Source: Rhodothermales bacterium
Lineage (GTDB): Bacteria > Bacteroidota > Rhodothermia > Rhodothermales > Bin80
Length of the DNA stretch: 64,000 nt
Reading direction: 5' to 3'
Assembly (NCBI GenBank): GCA_028278205.1
Contig: JANQES010000120.1
Span: forward strand, 27,643 to 91,642
Shown here one piece after another: positions 17,630 through 28,213 of the stretch. Both the position numbers and the translations under genes were made by a program. Numbering within the stretch: position 1 is the first letter of the stretch; each line of letters starts with the position of its first letter. Below the pieces are notes generated by a model, which did not search any database, was not told where the DNA came from, and saw only the letters and a list, made by a program, of their open reading frames with translations.

Positions 17630-18460
17630 CTATTCGCCGAGGGCGAAGCGGATGAAGGTGCGCACGTCGGCGTCTGCTCTTTTCAAGACTTCTTTGACCG
17701 TCACCGAGGGGTCTTTGACGAACGCCTGCTCGACGAGCACGTTGTCTTTGAAGTAGCGTTCGAGCTTGCCCGTGGCAATCCGGTCGATGATGTGCTCAGG
17801 CTTGCCTTCGTTGCGCGCTGCCTCGCGGGCGATTTCGAGTTCTTTCTCCTGCAAGTCCTGCGGCACCTCGTCGCGATGTGTCGCTACGGGGTTGAGCGCA
17901 GTCACCTGCATCGCCATGTCCCGGCCGGTTTGGTCGAGCTGGCCGTTGCCCGTCAGGGCGATGAGCACGCCGAGGCGGGCGCCGGGGTGGATGTACGAGA
18001 CCACCTGCCCGTCGTCGCTCGTGAGCACCCGGAAGCGGCGGATGCTGAGCTTCTCGCCGATCTTGCCCGTCAGGTCGCTCAGCGCTTCGCCGACGGTGCG
18101 TCCGTTTTTGAGATCGAGGGCCCTGAGCGCGTCGAGGTCTGCCGGCGTCTGGCTCAGGATGAGCGCCGCCACGTCGTCGGCGAAGCCGGCAAACTCTTCG
18201 TTGCGCGCCACGAAATCAGTCTCGCAGTTGACTTCGACGATGATGCCGGTGGTCTTGTCGTCCGAGATTTTGGTGACGATGAGGCCTTCATTGGCTTGGC
18301 GGTCTTTGCGCTTTTCGATGACCTTCTGGCCCTTCTTGCGCAGGATGTCGATGGCCTTTTCGATGTCGCCGTCGGCCTCCTGGAGGGCGCGCTTCGAGTC
18401 CATCATGCCGGCGCCGGTCCGATCCCGGAGCGCCTTTACGTCTTTTGCGGTAATAGCCAT
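17630..18460 (-). CDS. tsf: Elongation factor Ts
   Basis: MAITAKDVKALRDRTGAGMMD, EVNCETDFVA, RFALGE. Confidence 0.97.
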   Translation of the reverse strand: MAITAKDVKALRDRTGAGMMDSKRALQEADGDIEKAIDILRKKGQKVIEKRKDRQANEGLIVTKISDDKTTGIIVEVNCETDFVARNEEFAGFADDVAALILSQTPADLDALRALDLKNGRTVGEALSDLTGKIGEKLSIRRFRVLTSDDGQVVSYIHPGARLGVLIALTGNGQLDQTGRDMAMQVTALNPVATHRDEVPQDLQEKELEIAREAARNEGKPEHIIDRIATGKLERYFKDNVLVEQAFVKDPSVTVKEVLKRADADVRTFIRFALGE

Positions 18461-18495
18461 TGTATTGGTGAATTTTATTGTTTTCGATTCAGGAT

Positions 18496-19650
18496 TTACG
18501 AGGAAGCCTTGGCTTCTTCCCGTTTTTCTTTTTCGGCCTTTCGGCTGGCCTGCTCGATCTCGCGTTGTTTTTTGCCCTCGCTGATGGCGCTGGCAATCGT
18601 CGTCGTGATCAACTGAATCGACTTGTGGGCGTCGTCGTTGCACGGGATCAGGTAATCGACGAGGTCGGGGTCGCAGTTCGAATCGACCATCGCGATGATC
18701 GGGATACCGAGCTTGCGCGCCTCGGCCACAGCGATGTGCTCGCGGTTGATATCGACGATGAAGAGCGCGCCGGGCATGCGCGCCATGTCGGCGATGCCGC
18801 CGAGGTTGCGTTCGAGCTTTTCGCGCTCGCGGCCTTTCATCAGGCGCTCTTTCTTTTTCAACTGATCGAGCGTGCCGTCTTTTTCCATCTTGACCAGATC
18901 TTCCATGCGCCGGATGCTCTTGCGGATCGTCTGGAAGTTGGTCAACGTACCGCCGAGCCAGCGTTCGACGACGTAGGGCGAGCCGCTGTCTTTGGCCAGT
19001 TGACGGACGGTGTCTTTAGCCTGCTTCTTGGTGCCGACGAAGAGGATACGCTTGCCCTGCTTGGCGAACCGCGCGGCGGCGTCGGCGGCCTTGTCGAGCA
19101 GCGTCTGTGTCTGCATCAGGTCGATAATGTGGATGCCGTTGCGTTCCATGAAGATGTACGTTTTCATCTTCGGATTCCAACGGCTGGTCAGGTGCCCGAA
19201 GTGTGTGCCGGCTTTGAGCAGGTCTTCGATGCGCACCCGATGCGTTCCTTGCTGGACGATCTGATCGGCAGGCTTGGCCTCTTCAGGCTGCGCCGGCAGA
19301 GGCGCTTCGGCAGGCGCCGCTTCGGCGGCAGGCGGCGGTGCCTCTTCGGCAGCAGGCGGTGCCTCTTCAGCAGCGGGCTGTGCTTCTTCAGCGGCGGGCT
19401 GTGCTTCTTCAGCGGCAGGCTGTGCTTCTTCAGCGGCAGACTGTGCTTCTTCAGCAGCGGGCTGTGCTTCTTCAGCGGCAGGCTGTGCTGCTTCGGGCGT
19501 CTCGGCAGGCTGTGCTGCTTCGGCAGGCTGCGCTTCTTCAGCGGGTTGTGCTTCGGCGGCAGCCGGTTGCGCGGCTTCGGGCTGCGCCTCCGCTGCTTCC
19601 GGAGCGGTCTCTGGCGCTTCTTGCTCGGTGTTTTGCGTCGGGGTTTCCAT
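18496..19650 (-). CDS. rpsB: 30S ribosomal protein S2 with long acidic N-terminal repeat extension
   Basis: [33 protein letters not shown]; N-terminal (AAEEAQP)n. Confidence 0.95.
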   Translation of the reverse strand: METPTQNTEQEAPETAPEAAEAQPEAAQPAAAEAQPAEEAQPAEAAQPAETPEAAQPAAEEAQPAAEEAQSAAEEAQPAAEEAQPAAEEAQPAAEEAPPAAEEAPPPAAEAAPAEAPLPAQPEEAKPADQIVQQGTHRVRIEDLLKAGTHFGHLTSRWNPKMKTYIFMERNGIHIIDLMQTQTLLDKAADAAARFAKQGKRILFVGTKKQAKDTVRQLAKDSGSPYVVERWLGGTLTNFQTIRKSIRRMEDLVKMEKDGTLDQLKKKERLMKGREREKLERNLGGIADMARMPGALFIVDINREHIAVAEARKLGIPIIAMVDSNCDPDLVDYLIPCNDDAHKSIQLITTTIASAISEGKKQREIEQASRKAEKEKREEAKASS

Positions 19651-19830
19651 GTGTGTTTGGAGGTTGGGTTTAATCCGCTACTACCGTCCTCTGCATAGCG
19701 AAACCGCCTTTTGAGAAAGGGAGAGAGGGGGAAAGGGGGAAAGGGAGGCTTTAAAAACTCCCTCTCGCCCTCTCCCCCTTTCTCCCGCTCTCAAACGCGG
19801 TCACCCCGCTATTCATCGGGTAGTATGTGA
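19651..19830 (-). promoter_or_regulatory. Putative rpsB 5' leader (S2 autoregulatory RNA) with an inserted purine/pyrimidine hairpin
   Basis: Minus strand CACATACTACC...GCGGGGTGACCGCG-[hairpin]-GGCGGTTTCGC...GGTAGTAG...TAAACCC, resembling the GGGGU/ACCC leader architecture. Confidence 0.55.
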
Positions 19831-19858
19831 TGTTTTTTTCTGGCGAGCCAGAAAAAAA

Positions 19859-20254
19859 TTATCTCTTCGAGAACTGGAAGCGTTTGCGCGCTTTGGGCTG
19901 GCCGTATTTCTTACGCTCGACCATGCGGGGGTCGCGCGTGAGGTAGCCGGCGTCGCGCAGCGGCTTGCGAAGCTCTTCGTTGAATTTGACCAGCGCGCGG
20001 GCGATGCCCAGGCGGATGGCTTCGGCCTGGCCGGTGAGCCCGCCGCCTTTGACGTTGACGAGCACGTCGAACTGGTCGACCGTCTCGGTGACGGTCAGCG
20101 GGCCGAGCAGGGTGCGGCGGCGCCATTCGAGCCCGAAATAGTTATCGATCTCGCGTTTGTTGACGGTCACTTTGCCGGTGCCCGGTCGCAGGTAGACGCG
20201 GGCGGTGGAGGTCTTGCGGCGTCCGACGGCGGCGTATTGTGTTAGTGTTGCCAT
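19859..20254 (-). CDS. rpsI: 30S ribosomal protein S9
   Basis: [48 protein letters not shown]. Confidence 0.98.
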   Translation of the reverse strand: MATLTQYAAVGRRKTSTARVYLRPGTGKVTVNKREIDNYFGLEWRRRTLLGPLTVTETVDQFDVLVNVKGGGLTGQAEAIRLGIARALVKFNEELRKPLRDAGYLTRDPRMVERKKYGQPKARKRFQFSKR

Positions 20255-20271
20255 GATCGTTGGTCTAAGCT

Positions 20272-20715
20272 TTAGAGCTCGAGTACTTGCGGTTGTTGGG
20301 CTTCGTGCGGATGCGTCGGCGCAGCGTAGACTTTGAGCTTTTTGAGCATCTGCCGCCCCAGCGGGCCTTTGGGCAGCATCCCCTTGACGGCGTGCCGGAC
20401 GATGTATTCGGGCCGGCGCTGGCGCATCACCTTGGCCGTGCGCGTCTTCAGACCGCCGGGATAGCCGCTGTAGCTGTAGTAGAGCTTGTCTTCCTCTTTA
20501 TTGCCGCTAAACCGCGCCTTGTCGGCATTGACGACGATGACGAAGTCGCCGGTGTCGACGTGGGGGGTAAACGAGGGCTTGTGTTTGCCGCGCAGGATCG
20601 TGGCTACTTGCGAAGCCAGCCGACCGACGATCTGGTTCTCCGCGTCGATCACGTACCAGGCGCGCTCGACTTCAGCCGGCTTCGCGCTTATCGTCTTGAA
20701 GCTGTTGACGTCCAT
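20272..20715 (-). CDS. rplM: 50S ribosomal protein L13
   Basis: [34 protein letters not shown]. Confidence 0.98.
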   Translation of the reverse strand: MDVNSFKTISAKPAEVERAWYVIDAENQIVGRLASQVATILRGKHKPSFTPHVDTGDFVIVVNADKARFSGNKEEDKLYYSYSGYPGGLKTRTAKVMRQRRPEYIVRHAVKGMLPKGPLGRQMLKKLKVYAAPTHPHEAQQPQVLEL

Positions 20716-21045
20716 GATGTCTTTTCTTCGTGCGTTGGGGTGGCCGGGAACGGCATCCGTTTCCGCCAAATGGTAAAAAGCGAAAGCCTCGCAAAATAAC
20801 GCCTTTCCGGTCTATTGTCAACCAAATCTGGATCCGGAGCGGGCGTCTGCCGGAGCTTTCTCACCGTTTCAGAGAGAGTCCCCTGAGACGCCGGAAGCCG
20901 GGATCAGGTTTTCCGCGCAGGCATTCTTCCTGCAATCTTGACGCTTCCTTGCATAATCTTGACGCGCGAAGCTCCTTTTTTCATATGTTTAGGGGCTACC
21001 CAAGCACCTGCTCGAAGCCCTCTCGTCTGCTTTCGACAATTCGCC

Positions 21046-21684
21046 ATGACGCTGGCGTCTCCATTTCGGTCGTTGGCCTCCGTTGCCCAGCACCTGCCGT
21101 TTCACCTCAATGAGACGGACAAGGTCAATACGGCCTTCCGGCGCTGGCGGCAAGACGACGACGACGAGGCCCAATATCACGTCGAGCTGTGGACCTACTG
21201 TTTCATCCGGCGTTACTTCCTGATGAAGTTTACCCGCGATGCGCTCTTCAACAACCCGGCAGACGTCGATGCGTTGATCGAGCAGGCCTACGTCAAAGTG
21301 CAGGATCATCTTTCGACGGTCGCGGACTCGGCGCATTATGCCAGTTGGGTCAGCGTGGTGTGCAAGAATGCCTTTCTCAACTATCTGCGCAATCTGCCCC
21401 AGGCCGTCTCGATCAATCAGGAAGACGGGCCGCAACTCCAGGGCGACTCGCTCGAAGCCACCTTCGATATCGGGATGTTGCACCAGGGGTTGCGCGAAGC
21501 CGTAGACCGCCTGCCCGAATACTTGTGCGACATCGCCTACTACCGCTTCATCGAGGGCTTATCCTATCAGGAAATCGGGCGTTTTATCGACAAACCGCTG
21601 CCGGTCATCCGCTCGTACGTCAATAAAGCCGTCCGGAAGCTGCGCAAGGATCCGATTTTTTTAGCGTATGTGGGGCGATCCTGA
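21046..21684 (+). CDS. Sigma-70 family (ECF-like) RNA polymerase sigma factor
   Basis: Region 2 YASWVSVVCKNAFLNYLR; region 4 AVDRLP...RFIEGLSYQEIG...VNKAVRKLRK. Confidence 0.8.
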   Translation: MTLASPFRSLASVAQHLPFHLNETDKVNTAFRRWRQDDDDEAQYHVELWTYCFIRRYFLMKFTRDALFNNPADVDALIEQAYVKVQDHLSTVADSAHYASWVSVVCKNAFLNYLRNLPQAVSINQEDGPQLQGDSLEATFDIGMLHQGLREAVDRLPEYLCDIAYYRFIEGLSYQEIGRFIDKPLPVIRSYVNKAVRKLRKDPIFLAYVGRS

Positions 21685-21997
21685 TTGTGAAAATCGGATG
21701 GGAGGGCGTGCAAAAAGCCCTTTTTTCGGTGATTTTCGAGACATCCTCAAAAAAAATTTTATGAAGAGGTTATATTTTCCTCATCTTTGTGTCTAAATGG
21801 GTGAAGACGGTTAGATAAAGCGTTCGGGAAGCCCACCCTTGCCGGCGCATCATCGGCGGTGCTTTAGCCATAGTAGTTTATGTTATTTCGAATAACGTTA
21901 GTGCCTCATGAGTCTGCTTAGTCTGCTATGGAGGAGCCTGTGCATAGGCCGCTTCTCTCTCAAACTAAAACTCCGTGTGGGGAAAATGTAGCGTAGT

Positions 21998-22963
21998 ATG
22001 GAAGACAAAATTTTAATCTACAGCGAGCTTACGCCCGAAGAGCAGCGCGAGGTCGAGCGACACGTACAAGAGCATCCTGAGATGCGCCCGTTGCTCGAAG
22101 AAGCCAAAGCCTTTAGTGCCCTGCTCGGCGATGCTCGGCTTTTGCGCGCCGACTCTCCCGGCGACGAAGCCCTGTCTTATTACATTGCCACGCGTCACGT
22201 CAGCCGAGAGCCGTTGCCGCCCTCGCTGCACGAAGCCTTTGCCGGCATCGAAGAAAAGCTGACCGACGACGCGGCGCTGCGCACGCGCTACGCCGAACTG
22301 GTGCGCCGGATGGCCGTCCTGGAAGCGACCACCGATCCGGTTAAGCAATTCGAACAACTTTCCGGGCGCAGCCTGCCCGGCGCCGTGCCCGAAGCGCTGG
22401 TATCCGAGGCCGATGAGCCTGCCGAAGCCGAGGTGCCGGTCCCCAAACGCGCCGTCATTCACCGGCTCTGGTGGCACGCAGGGCGATGGGCCGTGGCCGC
22501 CGTCTTCTTCGGCGTGGCCGTCTACGGATCGCTCGGCCTCGTTAGCCATTTCTCGCAGTCAGACCTGGATCAACTGGCGGCGTTGTCGACCATCGAGGTG
22601 CAGGACTTCCAGATGCGTGGCGGCAGCGGCGAGCCGGTGCCCGATCTCGTCTCGTCCGAAGAGCTACGGGACCGGGCGGTGTTGTTGCTTCAGGAGGCGC
22701 GCACGCACACACTGGGGCTGTTCCCGCACTACGACCCGGCCACGCTCAGCGAAGCCGCCGACCTGCTCCAACGCGTCGTCGAACAAGAACCTGAAACCTC
22801 GACGCTGCGCTCTGATGCGTACTTCCTGCTGGCAAGGGTCCGCCTGGCGCAGAAGAACGTTGACGGCGCCCGGGCAGCCCTCCACGCCGTCATCAACGGC
22901 TCCGGCTGGAAAGCCGTAGAAGCCCAAGCCCTCCTCAACGACCTGGAACGGCTCTTGAACTAA
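21998..22963 (+). CDS. Single-pass membrane protein with C-terminal TPR-like helices; candidate anti-sigma factor
   Basis: N-terminal ELTPEEQREVERHV; TM WAVAAVFFGVAVYGSL; AYFLLARVRLAQKNVDGARAAL; downstream of the sigma factor. Confidence 0.6.
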   Translation: MEDKILIYSELTPEEQREVERHVQEHPEMRPLLEEAKAFSALLGDARLLRADSPGDEALSYYIATRHVSREPLPPSLHEAFAGIEEKLTDDAALRTRYAELVRRMAVLEATTDPVKQFEQLSGRSLPGAVPEALVSEADEPAEAEVPVPKRAVIHRLWWHAGRWAVAAVFFGVAVYGSLGLVSHFSQSDLDQLAALSTIEVQDFQMRGGSGEPVPDLVSSEELRDRAVLLLQEARTHTLGLFPHYDPATLSEAADLLQRVVEQEPETSTLRSDAYFLLARVRLAQKNVDGARAALHAVINGSGWKAVEAQALLNDLERLLN

Positions 22964-23102
22964 AGGTCCTATTCAATCACAGGTATAGTGGTGCTGTGCT
23001 CTTCGTGAGCATATTCCGGTCGTAATGGTCTCTCATTGGGTTCGAGGCCGGGGCTTGGCCGTTTTTGGTTGTACAGAAGCGTCGTCATTCGACTCTGGAC
23101 CC

Positions 23103-23432
23103 ATGCCGACGGACACAGCAAAGGTCAAGCGCTATATCGAGGCGCATCTCAAGCACATCCGAACGCCGCAAGAGATAGCGCAGCCCTTAGGGCTTTCCTA
23201 CGAGACGCTCCGAAAAGATTTCAAGCGAGCCGAGGGAATTACGCTTGGCCGCTTTATCATGCAGGCTCGAGTCCAACGCATCAAACAGCACCTCGTGGCG
23301 ACGAACCTGCCCTGCTCTGAGATCAGCTACAGAGTCGGCTTTGTGAGGGAAGATGTCGCCGCGCGGGTCTTCAAGCGCGAGACCAGCCTATCCATGCAGG
23401 CCTATCGGAAGCGCTATACAGAGGGAAGCTAA
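23103..23432 (+). CDS. Stand-alone AraC-type HTH regulator
   Basis: IAQPLGLSYETLRKDFKRAEGITL...EISYRVGF...RVFKRETSLS. Confidence 0.85.
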   Translation: MPTDTAKVKRYIEAHLKHIRTPQEIAQPLGLSYETLRKDFKRAEGITLGRFIMQARVQRIKQHLVATNLPCSEISYRVGFVREDVAARVFKRETSLSMQAYRKRYTEGS

Positions 23433-23703
23433 TAGGTTGGAATAGAAGAAGGTGTCATATACCACGATAGTCAACCATGGGAGTCAACCACCTGAGTCAA
23501 TAATCCTTAAGAAATCTAGGCAACGTCTTCGACAGTACTTCATAGCTCTCACGTAGTTTCAGGCGCCCCGAAGCGGGGTTCCGGTTGACGATGCACAGTG
23601 CGGCACACACTCCATACCGTTACCGAGGCGAAGGACGTGCCTACTCCACCGTTTTTTTTGACAACCCAGGCAACGAGCCCAGATACACCAAGAGGTAGCT
23701 TTG

Positions 23704-25086
23704 ATGAACAGATTCAAAACCTATGGATTTTTGGCGTTGTTGTTCATTCTCTTTTGGGGATGTGACACGTTTTCCGGACCAGGAGCCAATGGGCGATCCG
23801 GTGATGAGACGGCAGAGGCGCTCGGGAAACGGGGCGAAATTAAAGCGGACTACGTCAGGCCGTTCAAGACGCACGACGAGTTTATGCTTCACATCGCGAA
23901 GGTAGCCCCTGGTTTCGGTGGGGTCTATCTGGACGAGGCCGGACGCCCTAACATCTTTCTCAAAGATCCCTCCGACCAGGCCGCTGCGATGAAGGTCCTC
24001 GACGAGATGACCGTGGCCGACCCTGCTCGTGGAAGATATCGGACCAGTCTCGCGCGAAAAGATCGGGCGGCGCTTAACAGTGCCCTGATCGTTCACCAGG
24101 CCGACTATGACCTGCTTGAGCTTAACGTGCATTATGAGAAGCTCAAGAACTTTTCGACGGGATTTGGTGTAGTCTCTGTATCTCTTGACGAGGGGGATAA
24201 TCGACTTTCCGTGGCCTTTGAAACCGAGGCTGAACGGTCGGCGGTTGAGGCAAGTCTGGGAGGTCTAGACATTCCAGCCGATATGATCCTCTTCGATCAG
24301 GCTGAGCCCGTGCAGGATATGTTGGAGCTAGACGACCGGGTGCGCCCGGTAGCAGGAGGACTCAGAGGACAACGAGAGAACCACACTGGGGCCTGCACAA
24401 TCGGGTACACCACCTTCGGAGGGCCGCAGGACGTTGCCGGCTTTGTTACCGCTTCGCACTGCACACAGACCATGGGACAGGTGGACGGAGAAAACTGGTA
24501 TCAAAAAAGCAATTCAACGTCCAACGACAAGGTGGGCGAAGAGTTGGTCGATCCGCCCTTCCTGACCCGCGCCCAGAGCGGCGACACGAACTGCCCGAAC
24601 ATCCCTTCCACCCTCGCCTGCCGGTACAGCGACGCGGCTTTCGTGAAGTTTACTATCTCCGGCAACAGCAACCGGCGTATGGATCGCATCATCCCTACTA
24701 CGGGCAAAAAAACAGGCGAGCCAGGGTCAACGACTATATCCACTACCAACTCCAGCAATTGGCTCGTTGGTGGCGATGTGGTGTACTATGCTATAGAGAA
24801 CGATGTCGTCGATAAGATTGGGTTCGTGTCGGGCTGGACCTATGGAGAAGTTAAGGCGACGGGCGTTGAGCCGCGGGAGAGCCAAACGAACCATCTCTTT
24901 CGCATCCTGGATGCAGATAAAGTGGAAGGCATGTATCTCGAACGCGGTGACAGTGGTTCGATGGTGTTTTATGATCCAGGAAATGGTGATGCCATCCTCT
25001 ACGGCGTTCTCTTCCAGGGTAACGAACAGATCAACTACTACAGCCCCATCCGGCACGTAGAGGATGAACTTCAGCTTGACTTGTGA
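23704..25086 (+). CDS. Lipoprotein chymotrypsin-like (S1) serine protease with pro-region
   Basis: Lipobox-like LFWGC; CTIG, FVTASHC, SDAAFV, RGDSGS. Confidence 0.8.
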   Translation: MNRFKTYGFLALLFILFWGCDTFSGPGANGRSGDETAEALGKRGEIKADYVRPFKTHDEFMLHIAKVAPGFGGVYLDEAGRPNIFLKDPSDQAAAMKVLDEMTVADPARGRYRTSLARKDRAALNSALIVHQADYDLLELNVHYEKLKNFSTGFGVVSVSLDEGDNRLSVAFETEAERSAVEASLGGLDIPADMILFDQAEPVQDMLELDDRVRPVAGGLRGQRENHTGACTIGYTTFGGPQDVAGFVTASHCTQTMGQVDGENWYQKSNSTSNDKVGEELVDPPFLTRAQSGDTNCPNIPSTLACRYSDAAFVKFTISGNSNRRMDRIIPTTGKKTGEPGSTTISTTNSSNWLVGGDVVYYAIENDVVDKIGFVSGWTYGEVKATGVEPRESQTNHLFRILDADKVEGMYLERGDSGSMVFYDPGNGDAILYGVLFQGNEQINYYSPIRHVEDELQLDL

Positions 25087-25106
25087 GCTTTAAACGCTTG
25101 AAGTCC

Positions 25107-26786
25107 ATGGAAAAAATCAGTACATATGCTCAGGCGATGCGGTCTCTGAAAAAGAGGCTCAGTATGGCGGTGCTCATGCTCCTGACGATGGCCCCGGCGG
25201 TGGCGCTCGGCCAGGACGGCGCGCTCGACCCCGCCTTCGGTGACAGCGGAAAGGTCGTCGTAGAGTTTCCCCCGCAGCCCGCGCTGGCTGCTTCGCAGAT
25301 CGATGCCTTTGCCGTTGCAGCCCAGCCTGACGGCAAGATCGTCGTTGTGGGGCGTGCCGGGAAACTGAACTTCGACGACGACTTTGCCCTGGTCCGCCTC
25401 GACCTCGAGGGTACGCCGGATCCGGCGTTCGGCCAGGACGGCTTCGCCTTGACGGACTTTGCAGGCTCTCACGACGGCGCTGTCGACGTGGTGATCCAGC
25501 CGGACGGTCGGATCGTTGCAGCCGGGTGGACGGCCACGGGAGAGATATGCGCAGACTGGGCCTTGGCTCGATACGACGCCGAGGGCCGGCTCGACGCGTC
25601 GTTCGGCGACGGGGGCCGCATCACAGCCAACTTCACCGACCGAATCGGCGAGGCTGCTTGTCATCTTCTGGCTGGCGTAGCGGTCGATGAAGCCGAGCGC
25701 ATCCTGATTGCGGGTTCCGTCGCTGGGGAAGTCACGACCAATCTGGACATCGTGCTGGCCCGGTATAACGCTGAGGGCCGACCCGACACGACGTTCGGCG
25801 ACGCTGGCGTGGTGCTGACGGACGTGGCCGGCGACAGCGATTTCTCCAAGGACATGGTGCTCCAAGACGACGGCAAGATCGTGGTGGTCGAGTCGTCGCG
25901 GCTCACGGGCGGGATGTCTGCTGAGATGGTGATTCGCTACACGGCAGACGGCAGCCTCGACCCTACATTTGGAGAGGGAGGGCTGGTCACGGCTCCGGAC
26001 GACGGTTTCGACAGTGTGGATGTAATAACCGTGCAGCCCGACGGCAAGGCGATCGTCGTGGGGCGGGTCGACTCTGGGAACAGGCGCGGCTTCGCGTTGG
26101 CGCGGTTCAACGCAGACGGCAGCCTCGACACGAGCTTCGGCACCGATGGTCTGGTCCTAACCGACTTCTCGTCGGTTACGCAGGAGGGCTTCTCGATTGG
26201 CGGTGTGGCGGCCAGGGCCGTGGTTTTGCAAGAGGACGGACGGATCGTGGTAGCCGGTGACGTTGCCTACATCGATCAACCGGGACAACCCAGACGCCTG
26301 TCTGACTTCCTCCTGGCGCGGTTCAACCCAGACGGCAGCTTCGACACGACCTTCGGCGCTTCGGGTCTAGTCTTCACCGACTTCGACGGCGGCTCAGACG
26401 GGCCCACGGACATGATGTTTCAGGACGATGGAAAGCTTGTTGTAACGGGCGACGACTTTCAATTGGCGCGGTATCTTGTCGGATCCACCGAGACGGGGGT
26501 ATCTGACAAGCCGGTGCCGAAGCGCGCGCCTACGCTGGAGGGATCTTTCCCGAACCCCTTCCGCGAGCAGACCACGATCCGCTTCATGCTACCGGAGCCC
26601 GTACGAGTCCGGCTCGCTGTCTATGACGTGCTCGGCCGAGAGGTAAAGGTGTTGGTAGATGGACCCTATGCGGCGGGCATGCACACAGTGAAGTTCGAAG
26701 CGGATGAATTGCCAAGCGGCACCTACCTCTGCAAGCTTACGGCAGGTGCCCTCAGCCACACGCGATTCTTGACGCTGCTGAAGTAG
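25107..26786 (+). CDS. Delta-60 repeat protein with T9SS-type C-terminal sorting domain
   Basis: Repeats QPDGKIVVVG...LARYNADGSLDTSFG; C-terminal FPNPF...VYDVLGREV...LPSGTYL. Confidence 0.88.
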   Translation: MEKISTYAQAMRSLKKRLSMAVLMLLTMAPAVALGQDGALDPAFGDSGKVVVEFPPQPALAASQIDAFAVAAQPDGKIVVVGRAGKLNFDDDFALVRLDLEGTPDPAFGQDGFALTDFAGSHDGAVDVVIQPDGRIVAAGWTATGEICADWALARYDAEGRLDASFGDGGRITANFTDRIGEAACHLLAGVAVDEAERILIAGSVAGEVTTNLDIVLARYNAEGRPDTTFGDAGVVLTDVAGDSDFSKDMVLQDDGKIVVVESSRLTGGMSAEMVIRYTADGSLDPTFGEGGLVTAPDDGFDSVDVITVQPDGKAIVVGRVDSGNRRGFALARFNADGSLDTSFGTDGLVLTDFSSVTQEGFSIGGVAARAVVLQEDGRIVVAGDVAYIDQPGQPRRLSDFLLARFNPDGSFDTTFGASGLVFTDFDGGSDGPTDMMFQDDGKLVVTGDDFQLARYLVGSTETGVSDKPVPKRAPTLEGSFPNPFREQTTIRFMLPEPVRVRLAVYDVLGREVKVLVDGPYAAGMHTVKFEADELPSGTYLCKLTAGALSHTRFLTLLK

Positions 26787-26823
26787 GGGAGCCCCGAATT
26801 ATTTTTTCGCGCCGCTGCAACAA

Positions 26824-27954
26824 TCAGGCGTACGTGTTGAGCATCACCGGCATGATGAGCATCATGATTTCTTCGCCGGCTTGCTGCTCCTGCGGCGTGA
26901 CCACACCCGCCCGGTTGGGCGAGCTAAACTCGAAGACTACCTCCTCGGCGTCGAGATTTTTAAGCACCTCCGTCAGATAGATCGCGTTGAAGCCGATCAC
27001 CAGCTCGTCGCTGTCATACTCGCACTGGACCGTCTCGCGGGCTTCGCTGGAGCGTTCGATGTCTTCCGCCGAGACTTCCAGCGTGCTGCCGTCGATCTTC
27101 AGGCGGATCTGGTTGGTCATGCTCGACGAATAGAGGCCCACGCGCTGGACGGCAGCCAGCATCGAGAGCCGGTTGACCGTCAGCCGCCGGTCGTTTTCGA
27201 CGGGGATGACGGCTTCGTAGTTGGGGTAGGCTTCGTCGATGAGGCGGGCCAGCACGCGCGAGTTGGTAAATTCGAAGCAGACGTGGCCGCCGTCGACGAT
27301 GATGGCGCACGGCTCGTCGGTGGCGACGCGTCCGGCCAGCGTCATCGCTTTTTCAGGGACGATGAAGTTGACGGGCTCGGTGCTCGTCATGGCCTCCATG
27401 GTCAGTTTGACGAGGCGGTGCCCGTCGGTGGCGACGGTGCGGCCCTGCTCCGGCTGGATCTGAAAGTAGATGCCCATCATGGCCGGTCGCAGGGCGTCTT
27501 TGCTGACGGCAAAGCTGGTCTTGTGGATAGCGCGGCGCAGCAGCGCGCCCTCGGTCTCGATGCGGCGCCCACCGTCGAGTTCGGGCAGGGCCGGATAGTC
27601 GGCGCCGTCGTGGCCTACCATCTTATACATGCCCTGGTCGGTGCGCAGCGTCACGCCGAAGTCTTCGTCCGAGGCAAACTCGACGGGCAGGTCGGGCAGG
27701 GCGCGGAGGGTGTCGAGCAGGCGTTTGGCCGGCACCGCCACGCGGCTTCCTTTGGCCGAGCCGTTGCTCTCGAACTGCACGGCGATCCTCTCGACGATAG
27801 AGATTTCGAGGTCCGTCGCACTCAGGCGCAGCGCGTCGCCGTCGCGTTCGAAGAGGATGCTTTCGAGGATGGGCAGCGTGCTTTTGGAGGGCACCGCACC
27901 GCCGGCGGTGGTGAGGGCTTCTCGGAGCGTAGCGCTCGATGTCGTGAATTTCAT
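26824..27954 (-). CDS. dnaN: DNA polymerase III beta clamp
   Basis: LSATDLEI, VATDGHRL, YPNYEAVIP, IGFNAIYL, LIMPV. Confidence 0.98.
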   Translation of the reverse strand: MKFTTSSATLREALTTAGGAVPSKSTLPILESILFERDGDALRLSATDLEISIVERIAVQFESNGSAKGSRVAVPAKRLLDTLRALPDLPVEFASDEDFGVTLRTDQGMYKMVGHDGADYPALPELDGGRRIETEGALLRRAIHKTSFAVSKDALRPAMMGIYFQIQPEQGRTVATDGHRLVKLTMEAMTSTEPVNFIVPEKAMTLAGRVATDEPCAIIVDGGHVCFEFTNSRVLARLIDEAYPNYEAVIPVENDRRLTVNRLSMLAAVQRVGLYSSSMTNQIRLKIDGSTLEVSAEDIERSSEARETVQCEYDSDELVIGFNAIYLTEVLKNLDAEEVVFEFSSPNRAGVVTPQEQQAGEEIMMLIMPVMLNTYA

Positions 27955-28030
27955 GGATCTCCCGGAGATAAAAACGATGGACGGGCCTTAAGGTACGACA
28001 AAGCAGGGTTATGGATCCAGAGGGTGGGGC

Positions 28031-28201
28031 TTCGCTTCGCTCCGCGTCATTTGGCTCCCTGTGGTCGCCGTCATTTGTTCGCGTTGCTCACGGTCAATTG
28101 CGCCTTCGGCGCGTCATTCGTTGTCCAGGTTGATCCAAGACAATAAATGACAATGAATGACGTGAGCGAAGCGAACCAATGACCATCAATGACGCGAACA
28201 A
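28031..28201. repeat. Family B modular repeat (opposite orientation to the 14.6 kb copy)
   Basis: GTCAATTGCGCCTTCGGCGCGTCATT...AATGACGTGAGCGAAGCGAACCAATGAC. Confidence 0.85.
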
Positions 28202-28213
28202 AGTGAGGACCCC

